DNA of 64,000 nt from Bacteriovoracia bacterium (GTDB lineage Bacteria; Bdellovibrionota; Bacteriovoracia; Bacteriovoracales; Bacteriovoracaceae), in contig JBKHVI010000010.1 of NCBI GenBank assembly GCA_046570105.1, positions 1-64,000 of the forward strand, written 5' to 3'. Position 1 is the stretch's first letter; each line of letters starts with the position of its first letter. Of this stretch, positions 48,629-58,276 are shown in pieces. Below the pieces are notes generated by a model. It made no database searches. It saw nothing but the letters and a program-made list of their open reading frames with translations, and had not been told where the DNA came from. A program made the position numbers and the translations under genes.

Positions 48629-49212
48629 AATTATCTATCGTTCTTGCCAGTACCTCTCCTTATCGACGCGCATTACTTGAGCGTCTCGGCTATCACTTTG
48701 AAGTCGAAAAACCGCTGGTTGATGAAGAGAGCTTTAAAAAACTTAAACTCTCTCCTGTTCAACTGGCAACACGTTTAGCACGCGAAAAAGCTCTTGAAGT
48801 GGCCAAGCGTTGTCCCGGAAAACTTATTATTGGAGGCGATCAAGTAGCGGCTATCAACACTGATATTTTGGGTAAACCGGGTAATATCGAAAATGCGGTG
48901 GCGCAACTCTTAAAGCTACAAGGACAAACCCACCAGCTCTTTACGGCTCTTCATCTAATGGGTCCTGGTATCGATATCGCTCTCTTGGAAACAACTCATT
49001 TAACAATGAGGCGGCTCGATTTTCAGGCGATCAAAACTTATGTTGAGCTCGATCGACCACTCGATTGTGCGGGAGCCTACAAACTCGAATCAAGAGGAAT
49101 AAAGTTATTTAATAAAATTGAAGGTGGTGATCACGATGCCATCGTCGGACTACCATTGATGCAATTACAGAACAAACTTATCGAATTAGGTTTTAACCTT
49201 TTTGATAAGTGA
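48625..49212 (+). CDS. maf: Maf family nucleotide pyrophosphatase (YceF-like)
   Basis: LASTSPYR, KA, IGGDQV, LGKP, CAGAYKLE, IVGLP. Confidence 0.93.
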   Translation: MKLSIVLASTSPYRRALLERLGYHFEVEKPLVDEESFKKLKLSPVQLATRLAREKALEVAKRCPGKLIIGGDQVAAINTDILGKPGNIENAVAQLLKLQGQTHQLFTALHLMGPGIDIALLETTHLTMRRLDFQAIKTYVELDRPLDCAGAYKLESRGIKLFNKIEGGDHDAIVGLPLMQLQNKLIELGFNLFDK

Positions 49213-49875
49213 AGCCAGTTCAATGATTTGTCTGTTCTCACGAACAAACATTCCTTCATCACCTTTGATAGCATCTGTCAGCATCGCTCGAGCGACTTGT
49301 TCGGCATCGACTGGGGCCCTTTTAGGAAAATAGCGCTGAAGAAAGCCGGCCACTGGGGCAAGAGTTTTTTGGGCAACCAATTCACCGAGACGTAATTCAG
49401 GACGAGGCGCTAATAACAAGGAAGGACGGTAGATAAAAAACGCTTGAAAGAAATGATCCTTTAAAACTTTTTCCACTTCGGCTTTAACTTTTAAATACTT
49501 TACCCAAGCATGAGGATCAACGCCTTGAGCACTGACTAAATAGAAGCGTCGCACACCTGTTTGTTTTGCAACAACTAAAGCTTCGTGGGCCACGCGCAAT
49601 TCAAGTTCACGGAATTTATCTTGGTCACCGGCTTTTTTTAAAGTACTGCCGAAGCAATAGAAAAAATCTGTTAATTGAGCGTCCAATTTCCAAGGGCGAT
49701 AAAACTCGGCAAAATCGTAAGTGACAATTTTTTTATGCTCAATAGACAATTTACGACGTGTTGGCACGTGCACTTTAGAAAATTTGTCTGAATCTACTAA
49801 ATGGCGCAAAAGCTGTTGTCCGACTGCGCCCGTGGCACCTAGAATAAATGCATGACGCTTATTTGCTGCTGACAT
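49186..49875 (-). CDS. NAD(P)-binding Rossmann protein (YraR/HTATIP2-like)
   Basis: GATGAVG, CFGSTLKKAG, YLKVKAEVE, RPSLL. Confidence 0.85.
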   Translation of the reverse strand: MSAANKRHAFILGATGAVGQQLLRHLVDSDKFSKVHVPTRRKLSIEHKKIVTYDFAEFYRPWKLDAQLTDFFYCFGSTLKKAGDQDKFRELELRVAHEALVVAKQTGVRRFYLVSAQGVDPHAWVKYLKVKAEVEKVLKDHFFQAFFIYRPSLLLAPRPELRLGELVAQKTLAPVAGFLQRYFPKRAPVDAEQVARAMLTDAIKGDEGMFVRENRQIIELASLIKKVKT

Positions 49876-49905
49876 TTTCCATCCTCCAAGCTTCAGGACT
49901 ATTGT

Positions 49906-50988
49906 ATGACGAGATTTTTTAAAAGATTACTAATTGTTTTCATCTTTATAGGGGCACCGCTCTTTTCTGCCACCGCAGCCTTTACCCCAAAGGTTCCAGC
50001 CGGCTATAAAGTTTCGCTCTACGCCACAAGTCCTAATGCCCGACAAATGGCGCTCTCTCCTACTGGCCTCTTGTATGTCGGTAGTATGGCAGCGGGGACT
50101 GTAAATGTTGTAGAAAATGGCAAACACCGCACTTTGCTAGAAAAACTCTCTCACCCTAGCGGGATTGTTTGGCACAAAGGCGATCTCTACATTGCAGAAA
50201 TCTCCCGCCTATCAGTTATTCGCCAAATTGATGAAGTCGTGAAGAAAAAACAAAAACCGACACTAATTGCTTTAAAAACTGACTTTCCCAGTGACTATCA
50301 TCATGGCTGGAAATATTTGGCAATCGGACCAGATGAAAAAATTTATATTCCGGTTGGGGCGCCCTGTAATGTCTGTCCAGCAGAAGATCCTTATGCTGCC
50401 CTTCATCGACTCACATTAGACGGAAAAAAGATGGAGACGGTAGCACGTGGAATACGCAACACCGTTGGATTCAGTTTTCATCCTGTGACGAAGCAACTGT
50501 GGTTCACCGAAATGGGCCGAGACATGATGGGTGACAATATTCCGCCTGATGAGATTAATATTCTTACTGAGGGTGGGCATTATGGTTTTCCCTACCTTCA
50601 CGCCAAAACAGTCAAAGACCCCTATTACTTCGGACAACTGCCCCCCAGCTTAAAACCCATCACACCAGTGGCAGAAATAGCCGCGCACTCTGCTCCTATT
50701 GGTTTGCGCTTCACTCATAACTCTCAATTTACCAAACAATTCCCTGGCTGTTTTTTCGTTGCACTCCATGGTTCATGGAACCGTTCTAAAAAAGTAGGTT
50801 ATGAAGTTGCAGTGGGCTGCCCAGACAAAACCAATAACGTTGCTAGTTTGACACCTTTCATGACAGGCCTATTTGAAGGACAAACTGTTCATGCACGCCC
50901 CGTTGATTTAGTTTATTTAAAAGACGGAAGTCTACTCGTCTCGGACGATCATGGCGGTAAAATCTGGCGCGTGGAGAAAGTGAAATGA
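49906..50988 (+). CDS. PQQ-dependent sugar/sorbosone dehydrogenase family beta-propeller
   Basis: GAPCNVC, ARGIRNTVG, DEIN, HYGFPY, AHSAPIG, HGSWNRS, RPVD, SDD. Confidence 0.9.
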   Translation: MTRFFKRLLIVFIFIGAPLFSATAAFTPKVPAGYKVSLYATSPNARQMALSPTGLLYVGSMAAGTVNVVENGKHRTLLEKLSHPSGIVWHKGDLYIAEISRLSVIRQIDEVVKKKQKPTLIALKTDFPSDYHHGWKYLAIGPDEKIYIPVGAPCNVCPAEDPYAALHRLTLDGKKMETVARGIRNTVGFSFHPVTKQLWFTEMGRDMMGDNIPPDEINILTEGGHYGFPYLHAKTVKDPYYFGQLPPSLKPITPVAEIAAHSAPIGLRFTHNSQFTKQFPGCFFVALHGSWNRSKKVGYEVAVGCPDKTNNVASLTPFMTGLFEGQTVHARPVDLVYLKDGSLLVSDDHGGKIWRVEKVK

Positions 50989-52328
50989 GATATCTCGTAC
51001 TCCTTCTCCTCTTTGCTTGCGCTCATGGGCCAACACTGCATCAGACAGGCGCCAGTATCCTGCAACTGGGAACCACTGAAAACTCTAGCGAGTTTAACAT
51101 TCTGGCTAAAAAAAATGAAAAGCTAGAAACTTTAGTCGTGACAGCTGAAGGGGAAAACATCGCTCCTACCGCACATGAAATAGTTTCTCGCGCAGATTCG
51201 GAATGGGTCATTCATCAGTTTCAATTTGCGGGTCTTAAAGCAACAAGCGAATATTTACAATTAATAGTAAAAGCCGACAACAAGCTCATCGATCAACGCC
51301 AATTTAAACTTTTCTCCAATCAAGGAGAAGGCCTTAAGTTTATTGTCGGTTCATGCTCTGATCATAGGATGCATGAAAATCAGGCCCAAATGTGGCAAAC
51401 GGTAGCGGCCCAGAAACCAGAGTGGTTATTCTTAATTGGTGACAACCTCTATGCTGTTTATAAAGAAAGTGAAGTCAAAGATGAGCGCACACTATGGGAG
51501 CGCTATGTTGAGAGCAGGCGAAGTCTCGAACTCTATCGCCTTAAAGATCTCATCCCTGTGCATGCGACCTGGGATGATAATGATTATGGCCAAAAAGATG
51601 GTGGACAAAACTTTGCCTTAAAAGAGGCATCCCAAAAAACTTTCAAAACTTTTTTTTCACCGCGGTTTACCGTTGAATCCATGGAGCAAGGCCCCGGCAT
51701 CGCCACTCGACTTAATCTGCGAGGGATGCACTTCACTTTCTTAGATAACCGCAGCTTTCGTGATAATGAATCAATCGACGGTGAGCACTTTGGCAAAGAT
51801 CAAGAGACTTGGCTCTTCAATGATCTCAAAACGGCCCAATTACCCACCTGGATTATTTCCGGGGATCAGTTCTTTGGAGGTTATCAAAAATTTGAATCTT
51901 TTGAAGGACGACATCCTCGAGCTTTTGAGAGTTTTCTCACCCGTCTTAAAGATGTCTCAACGCCGTTTGTATTCGTTTCAGGCGATCGTCATATGACAGA
52001 GATCATGCAGTTTCCCAAGGCCCTGTTTGGTCAGCTAAGCTTCGAATTCACCTCGAGTCCCTTTCACGGCAAGCTCTATCCAGGGCCCGGTGTCGCCAGT
52101 AATAATCCATGGCGAGTGGTGGCGCGAGATGATCAGCTGAATTTCATGTTGATACAAACCACGCTTGAAGAAACCAGCTGGAATATTGATATTCGCTCAA
52201 TGAATCATGAGGGAAAGGAGCTTTTCCGTCGTGATCTCTCACTCACAACTGAAGCACTAAAAGACTTTACAATTGAGAAGCGTCAGAAAAGAAGACGTTA
52301 CCGACGGGCCCGCTGGCGCCGCCGGTAA
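50985..52328 (+). CDS. phoD: PhoD-family alkaline phosphatase/phosphodiesterase lipoprotein
   Basis: Lipobox LFA-C; GSC, GDNLY, TWDDND, LDNRSFR, SGDRH. Confidence 0.85.
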   Translation: MRYLVLLLLFACAHGPTLHQTGASILQLGTTENSSEFNILAKKNEKLETLVVTAEGENIAPTAHEIVSRADSEWVIHQFQFAGLKATSEYLQLIVKADNKLIDQRQFKLFSNQGEGLKFIVGSCSDHRMHENQAQMWQTVAAQKPEWLFLIGDNLYAVYKESEVKDERTLWERYVESRRSLELYRLKDLIPVHATWDDNDYGQKDGGQNFALKEASQKTFKTFFSPRFTVESMEQGPGIATRLNLRGMHFTFLDNRSFRDNESIDGEHFGKDQETWLFNDLKTAQLPTWIISGDQFFGGYQKFESFEGRHPRAFESFLTRLKDVSTPFVFVSGDRHMTEIMQFPKALFGQLSFEFTSSPFHGKLYPGPGVASNNPWRVVARDDQLNFMLIQTTLEETSWNIDIRSMNHEGKELFRRDLSLTTEALKDFTIEKRQKRRRYRRARWRRR

Positions 52329-52336
52329 ATCTTTTA

Positions 52337-55300
52337 TTATTGAGCAAAGATTTTCTTTAAGGCCTCTTTCTCAGGATCAGTGGCTTCTTTTTTGCCATCT
52401 TTCTTAACTGGCTGAGTGCCGGCTTTTCTGACCAACACTCGATCAAGATTTCGGAAATAGGCCTTAGAAACTTTTTGGAATAGTGAATCGTCTTCTCCAC
52501 TTGAGAGTTTATTACGATCACGCTGCGCACTCTCTAGCATATTCTTGAGTTCACCCTCTTTCATGCCAGTCATTCGTGCCCCATCAGCCAGGCTGCTAGT
52601 ACCCTCACTGCCCGCACCATCACTCGCACCTAAACTTAAATCACTCCCACTTGAACTTCCAAAGCTTGAGTCACCAAAACCCATGTCTCCTGAGCCTAGT
52701 GAACCGTTGCCATAACTTCCTGCGCTGCCTGCTGCACCCTTATTATCGACGGCACCATATTTTTGGTCGCCTGAGTTTCCATCCTTACCATTTCCTGCGA
52801 CGCCGCTATTAGCGCTGCCGCTGAGAGTCCCCATCTGTCCGCCAATACCAGAGTATGAAGAATTATCCCCGGGCTTAGCAAGTCCAGGAACGGCCGACAG
52901 TGGTGAGTTCAAACCACCAAAAAACTTTGTGGCATTTTTGAGACGATTAGCAGCTGCTGCATCACCTTTAGTTTGTTCTTTAAAGTTTTTCCATTTGGCG
53001 TTGTCTTTAGCTACACGCTCGGCGGTACGACGAGCAGCCGCGAGAGCATTACTTTCAAAGCTTGAGAGCGAAGTTCCTTTCGCTGTTCCACTACCTGTTG
53101 CTGGCAAACCCCCGCCAGCAGGTAGCCCCGCAAATTCAGCAGAGAGTGGGAATCCAAGCGCTCTGAAATTTCTGAATACACTGCTCGTGGTGTCAGCACC
53201 ACGCGTACGTCCATCATCACCCATCTCAAGACTGTATTGATCACCATTTAACTGATAGCGAGAACGACGAATAGCAAGGTCCTCTGCGTACTTGTTATAG
53301 GCATCGTCTAGTTCAAGACCGCGACGAATAGAAAGTGTGGTCAACAATCGTACATTGTGTAAAAGAGCAAGATAGTAGTTTTCTAAATAGGCAAGTGGAT
53401 ACCCAATACCGGCCTGACCGGACATATGTCTCCACTTGAAGTGAATCTGGTAAACGTAATTTGAGAATAATTCAGCGTTCTCTTCACCTTCAACAATATC
53501 TGCGAAACCAATTGGGTTAGGATGTTTACCGTCATAGTTTTTTTGACCGCAGGCGGAAAGACGATCACATTTGGTATATTTCTTCACCGCTTGTTTATAG
53601 GCATCAATACGATTCTGGCTAAACTGGAATTCCGGTTTGAAGTTAAATGATCTATCAAGATATTTATCAAAGTCAGGAAAGAAATTTTTCTTATCGGCCG
53701 CTTTAGGCTTTGCTTTCCCGATGCCTTTAACCCACTGACACCCCTTCTGGAAACCTTGATGAAGAGCTGGAACCCAACCGTTATTTAAGTTTACTTCTTG
53801 GGCAAAGAACTCAGGAAGCACTGGATCCATGAGCATCTTATCTTTCATTAACTCTTTCCAAGGCGCAAACTCACCCTTATTAGCAATGGCTTGATCTGGC
53901 ATTGGACGGAAGAAGCTGCGTGCGCACATCGTGCTCTTGAATGGACCTGAGCAAGGATTTGGATCCTTACCAAGATAACTCACCGCTGTTTGATAAGTCA
54001 TATCACAAGTACGCTCTTCTCTTTTTTTCCAAGGGAATGAATTCTGAATTCCAGGGTTATTACTGGTCGCTGGCCAGTGCAGAATTCGATAAAACGTTTT
54101 GCAATAAAAGAGTTTTAAGAAGCCACATGATTTCTTTTTAACCAAACGGTCTTCAATAATTACATTGGGAAAATCTTTAGAGAAGCTATCTATCACTGAA
54201 TAGCCAGAACTGTCTCCACTTCCACCTGTCATCATTATCCCTACCGCAAGAATACCCGCAGCAAGTAGAGCTGCACCCATAGTGACAACTGCCAAGATGG
54301 CCAAAATGATAAAGAGTAAAAACTTGAGAGATTTCTTAGTCCAAGAATGCACCTTACTCTCAGTGTGAACATATCCACGATACCAAGTATCTTTATGTGG
54401 ATCGTTACGGAAGATGTTAACGATTCCCGCACTCACTCCTCCGCCGGACATTTGACTCAGGCGAGAATTCCAATATGAAGTTAATTGTGGGTTTGGCTTT
54501 CTAGCGCGGTTCAAGTCTTCAGCAATTGTCTGCAACTCACCTTCAACTTTCTCTGTATCCATGAAAACGTCAACTTGGTTACATGAGCGCAAACGTAACC
54601 AACGAACTAAGACCTCTTCATGGTTAATCCCGGCCGCCCCAGCATCGATATTATCAATATCATCTTTGCCTTTGACCGCTTGCCCCGCCATTTTTTCTAG
54701 TTTTTGCAAATAGAGTTCAACGTAATTAGGAAACTCCTGACCATCTCGAAACGGAGCTTCTTGAGAGTCTGGAAGCGCTAGGCTGTTGCGCATTTCTCCA
54801 TCACGACAGATTTTATTTTCTGGTTGACCAGTACACTGGCTATAGAAGAAGGCCTGCTTTTCAGCATCAAACTTCTCTGGCCCAAAGGCATACATACACT
54901 GGCACGCCATGAGTAGATCGAGATACTTAAGCTGATCGCGTTGCATATTGCGATTGTCACGAATTTCAGACATCAAATATTTTGTGCGAGTATAAAGATT
55001 ATCTTTGTTAGGCTTGCCACTTTTATCAAGCAGGTGCCACATATCTTGAGTACCCTGGCCAGAATAACTCACCTCAAAGGCACGCAAGAAAAGCTCAGCA
55101 TTTCGTAATAAGTTCGAAGAATCAATCCAGTTGTCTTTACCTGTATTAAACTCACAGCGCTCTACATTCGAACGCTCTTTAGGAGTAATTGATGGAATAT
55201 TATAAGTCGCAACATACTCTTCTTGAGTAAATGTTTTTCCAATTTTTTGCCCTGCTTTAATGGCAGCGGCATTAGCGGAAGTCATCTCTTTTCGTTTCGC

Positions 55301-56521
55301 ATAAACAGAAAGTAGGCGCTGCTTACGTTGGGCCTTGTCTTTGATTTTGAGAACTTCTTTGATCTCGGCCTCAATCATGCTTAATTGCTCTGGCGTGAGA
55401 GCATCATCATTAACCCAAGTGCCTTGAGAGGTATTAGATTCTTTGGTGGTTGTCGACGTGGCAGTTGGATTGGAATTTTGTGTCGGTGTGGTTGGAGCTT
55501 GAATCTCAGTCGCATGGACAGAACCAATTAAACTAAAAGCAGCCGCTAGATTGCGCCAGAAATTTCTTTTAACCGAGGTTGAAGAAGGCAAAATGAAAGG
55601 TGGCATTTCACGAGAACACTGACCATCGAGATCTTGAATCAGCCCACGACAGCACTGCTGCTTGCCAGTTGGCTTAACCCCTTCTGGGATACAGTTTTCA
55701 CATACAAATTTTTCAGAACATTTTCCACTGGCACATTTTCCTGAACAACATTCCACATCTGTAGAACAAACGGCTGCATAGACCTTACACTCAACGCCTG
55801 GAGTTCCTAATTCTTGCATACGGCAAACTCCGGTTTGGCAGTTAGGGTTCTCTGGTGAACATTCTGCTCCAACTGCATTGTTGGTAAAACATGTGATCAA
55901 TGGTGAGCACATACCACTGACAGCTCCGTCGTCTTTTAAACAGTTCTGAGATGCACATTCTTGGTGAGAATTACAAACTTCGTTGATTTTTTTACCAGTA
56001 GTTGTTTTTTCTATAGAAGGTGAAACACCTGGAATAAGTCCACTGCAGCATTCTCCACCGGCCAACGGTTTATTAGCTTGAATACAGGCTGGAGGTGAGC
56101 TTTTTAGTGAATTAAAATCAATTGCTGCATTACATTTGGTGTCGCGCTGCTGGCGGAGATACTGGTGATAATGCCAAACTCGCATATGGTCTTCGTAGCC
56201 TTGATATTCTGTCTCATTCATTGGAGGTGGGTTACGAACATTTTTCTCGGCTTCAATACAACTCTCTACTTGAGCTAACTTCGTATTAAGCTGTGCCAAA
56301 CTAATAAAGCCTTGTTGATATAAATTCTCACTTGTGGTGGTGAGAAATTCTGAGAATTCTTCGATCGCCATCTCTCTGGATTTCATGCCGACGAGCAGAC
56401 TTCCCCCAGAACTTACAACACTATCAAATGCTTGATTGCGAGTGAGTACTTTATCCTCCTGTGCTCTCAGCTGCGGAGAAAGTAGCAATAGAACTAAGCT
56501 CGCAAAAATAATGGACTTCAT
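52337..56521 (-). CDS. Very large secreted Cys-rich protein with internal hydrophobic segment
   Basis: Signal MKSIIFASLVLLLLSPQLRA (SD GAGG; alternative start 56545); 22-Cys region; hydrophobic stretch; Gly/Ser-rich tail. Confidence 0.85.
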   Translation of the reverse strand: MKSIIFASLVLLLLSPQLRAQEDKVLTRNQAFDSVVSSGGSLLVGMKSREMAIEEFSEFLTTTSENLYQQGFISLAQLNTKLAQVESCIEAEKNVRNPPPMNETEYQGYEDHMRVWHYHQYLRQQRDTKCNAAIDFNSLKSSPPACIQANKPLAGGECCSGLIPGVSPSIEKTTTGKKINEVCNSHQECASQNCLKDDGAVSGMCSPLITCFTNNAVGAECSPENPNCQTGVCRMQELGTPGVECKVYAAVCSTDVECCSGKCASGKCSEKFVCENCIPEGVKPTGKQQCCRGLIQDLDGQCSREMPPFILPSSTSVKRNFWRNLAAAFSLIGSVHATEIQAPTTPTQNSNPTATSTTTKESNTSQGTWVNDDALTPEQLSMIEAEIKEVLKIKDKAQRKQRLLSVYAKRKEMTSANAAAIKAGQKIGKTFTQEEYVATYNIPSITPKERSNVERCEFNTGKDNWIDSSNLLRNAELFLRAFEVSYSGQGTQDMWHLLDKSGKPNKDNLYTRTKYLMSEIRDNRNMQRDQLKYLDLLMACQCMYAFGPEKFDAEKQAFFYSQCTGQPENKICRDGEMRNSLALPDSQEAPFRDGQEFPNYVELYLQKLEKMAGQAVKGKDDIDNIDAGAAGINHEEVLVRWLRLRSCNQVDVFMDTEKVEGELQTIAEDLNRARKPNPQLTSYWNSRLSQMSGGGVSAGIVNIFRNDPHKDTWYRGYVHTESKVHSWTKKSLKFLLFIILAILAVVTMGAALLAAGILAVGIMMTGGSGDSSGYSVIDSFSKDFPNVIIEDRLVKKKSCGFLKLFYCKTFYRILHWPATSNNPGIQNSFPWKKREERTCDMTYQTAVSYLGKDPNPCSGPFKSTMCARSFFRPMPDQAIANKGEFAPWKELMKDKMLMDPVLPEFFAQEVNLNNGWVPALHQGFQKGCQWVKGIGKAKPKAADKKNFFPDFDKYLDRSFNFKPEFQFSQNRIDAYKQAVKKYTKCDRLSACGQKNYDGKHPNPIGFADIVEGEENAELFSNYVYQIHFKWRHMSGQAGIGYPLAYLENYYLALLHNVRLLTTLSIRRGLELDDAYNKYAEDLAIRRSRYQLNGDQYSLEMGDDGRTRGADTTSSVFRNFRALGFPLSAEFAGLPAGGGLPATGSGTAKGTSLSSFESNALAAARRTAERVAKDNAKWKNFKEQTKGDAAAANRLKNATKFFGGLNSPLSAVPGLAKPGDNSSYSGIGGQMGTLSGSANSGVAGNGKDGNSGDQKYGAVDNKGAAGSAGSYGNGSLGSGDMGFGDSSFGSSSGSDLSLGASDGAGSEGTSSLADGARMTGMKEGELKNMLESAQRDRNKLSSGEDDSLFQKVSKAYFRNLDRVLVRKAGTQPVKKDGKKEATDPEKEALKKIFAQ

Positions 56522-56666
56522 AATGGCAACCTCGTGATTATTCATCTACCATTATAAGTCTTTGATGTTCTTGCGAACAAGTAAACTGCCACAACTTAAA
56601 GGATTTAGGTGTTTTCTCAGGATTAGGGGCGCCCAATATCTCTGGCAGAAGGCCTAAGGAAGACCA

Positions 56667-57713
56667 ATGAACGACGCGCAAACCCCTTGGGGCGGTCCCA
56701 CCCAGTTCTTTTACTCACTTACGCCCGACGTGATCGATCAGGCAATGCGTGATCATGGCCTGCGCCCTTTGGGCCGAGTCATGGCGCTCAACAGTCTTGA
56801 AAACCGTGTTTACGATGTAGAAGTGGCACCCATTGCCATACCAGAAGGGCCATTTTCACCTGATGCCGTTGTCGTCAAATTTTATCGTCCAGGCAGATGG
56901 AGTGAGGAAACGCTGCTCGAAGAGCATCGCTTTTTAAATGAACTCTCCCAATATGAAATGCCGGTCGTGTATCCTCTCGAACGCGACGGAAAAACACTTT
57001 TTAAGCATGAAGCTTCGGGACTTCTCTACACCGTATTTCCTAAAGTCCGCGGAAGACTCAAAGATGAGCTTAATATTGATGAATCAAAACAGATCGGCAG
57101 ACTCATCGGCCGTCTCCACAACATCGGAACTCTGACTTCATTTAAGGCCCGCCCTACGCTCAAAGCAGAGCTTTGGCTGAGTGGTAATTTACCAGCAGTG
57201 CAATCTTTAGAATTTGTGCCAGATGATTTGAAGGCCAGCTACGCTTTTATGGTTCAGCAACTAGAAGGCCTTATTAAACCATTGCTCAACTCGCTGCCTA
57301 TTCAGCGTGTTCATGGTGATTTTCACCGTGGCAATATTCTCTGGACGATTGATGGGCCTTGGATCACAGATTTAGATGACTGTGTCATGGGCCCACGACA
57401 ACAAGACCTTTGGTTACTTTTCTCAGGTCGAGACGAGTGGTCACTCTCCATGCGCGCTGAATTCATTGCGGGCTATCACGAAATGAGCCGCGAACCGATT
57501 TCTCTCACTCCCCTTTTAGTAGAAGCCTTAAGAACTCTTCGTCTCGTTCACTTTAACGGCTGGATCGCCAAGCGCTGGGCCGATCCCGTCTTTCAACATA
57601 TGTTTCACACCTTCCCAACAAGGGCCTACTGGGAACAACAGGTTCTCGATCTCAAAGAACAGATGGGACTTTTGCAAGACCATCTCAATTCTGGCACGGG
57701 ATTTGGATATTAA
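56667..57713 (+). CDS. srkA: SrkA/RdoA (YihE) family Ser/Thr protein kinase
   Basis: LNSLENRVY, KFYRPGRWS, EEHRFL, HGDFHRGN, DLDD, QDLW, WIAKRWADP. Confidence 0.92.
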   Translation: MNDAQTPWGGPTQFFYSLTPDVIDQAMRDHGLRPLGRVMALNSLENRVYDVEVAPIAIPEGPFSPDAVVVKFYRPGRWSEETLLEEHRFLNELSQYEMPVVYPLERDGKTLFKHEASGLLYTVFPKVRGRLKDELNIDESKQIGRLIGRLHNIGTLTSFKARPTLKAELWLSGNLPAVQSLEFVPDDLKASYAFMVQQLEGLIKPLLNSLPIQRVHGDFHRGNILWTIDGPWITDLDDCVMGPRQQDLWLLFSGRDEWSLSMRAEFIAGYHEMSREPISLTPLLVEALRTLRLVHFNGWIAKRWADPVFQHMFHTFPTRAYWEQQVLDLKEQMGLLQDHLNSGTGFGY

Positions 57714-57802
57714 TAACCTGTAACCCATGACTTTAACCAATTGTTCGCAGCTTATCTCGCTGTGAGTGTTCAAGGTTTAGTCAGTTGAGGTGGAGGTTTG
57801 AC

Positions 57803-58276
57803 ATGAATCGATTAGGATTGGCCTTAATCTTAGTGATGCTTTCAATTTCGATTGCTCGTGCATCAGTGGGGAATAACAAAAAACAAGAAATGCTCAAACG
57901 AGCTGACCACTTAAGAGTCATCTCTTTATCAGGTGAAGAATTCTTTGATGAACATTTATTAGCAGATGGCTGTGGGATGGTAGAAGAACTCTTCCGTGGG
58001 ATGCCTCATCATTTAACAGACGTCATGTCTCGTATGGACGCATTTGATAGAAAAGTCATTCTGATGAAAAATGAATCACTTGAAATGCTCAAGGAAACTC
58101 ATCGACTAAGTAATCGTTGTAAAAATGGCGTTGATCATGAGTTTGTTGATGCCAGCAAAGCTGAAAGTCATATGAAAAAAGCTGCACGCATGATGAAGAA
58201 ACATATTGGACTCATAGAAGATCGATCTACTGATTATAGTAATAGTTATTACTATCACTACGATTTTGATAACTAA
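57803..58276 (+). CDS. Secreted helical hypothetical protein
   Basis: SD GGAGG; signal ending ARA. Confidence 0.75.
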   Translation: MNRLGLALILVMLSISIARASVGNNKKQEMLKRADHLRVISLSGEEFFDEHLLADGCGMVEELFRGMPHHLTDVMSRMDAFDRKVILMKNESLEMLKETHRLSNRCKNGVDHEFVDASKAESHMKKAARMMKKHIGLIEDRSTDYSNSYYYHYDFDN

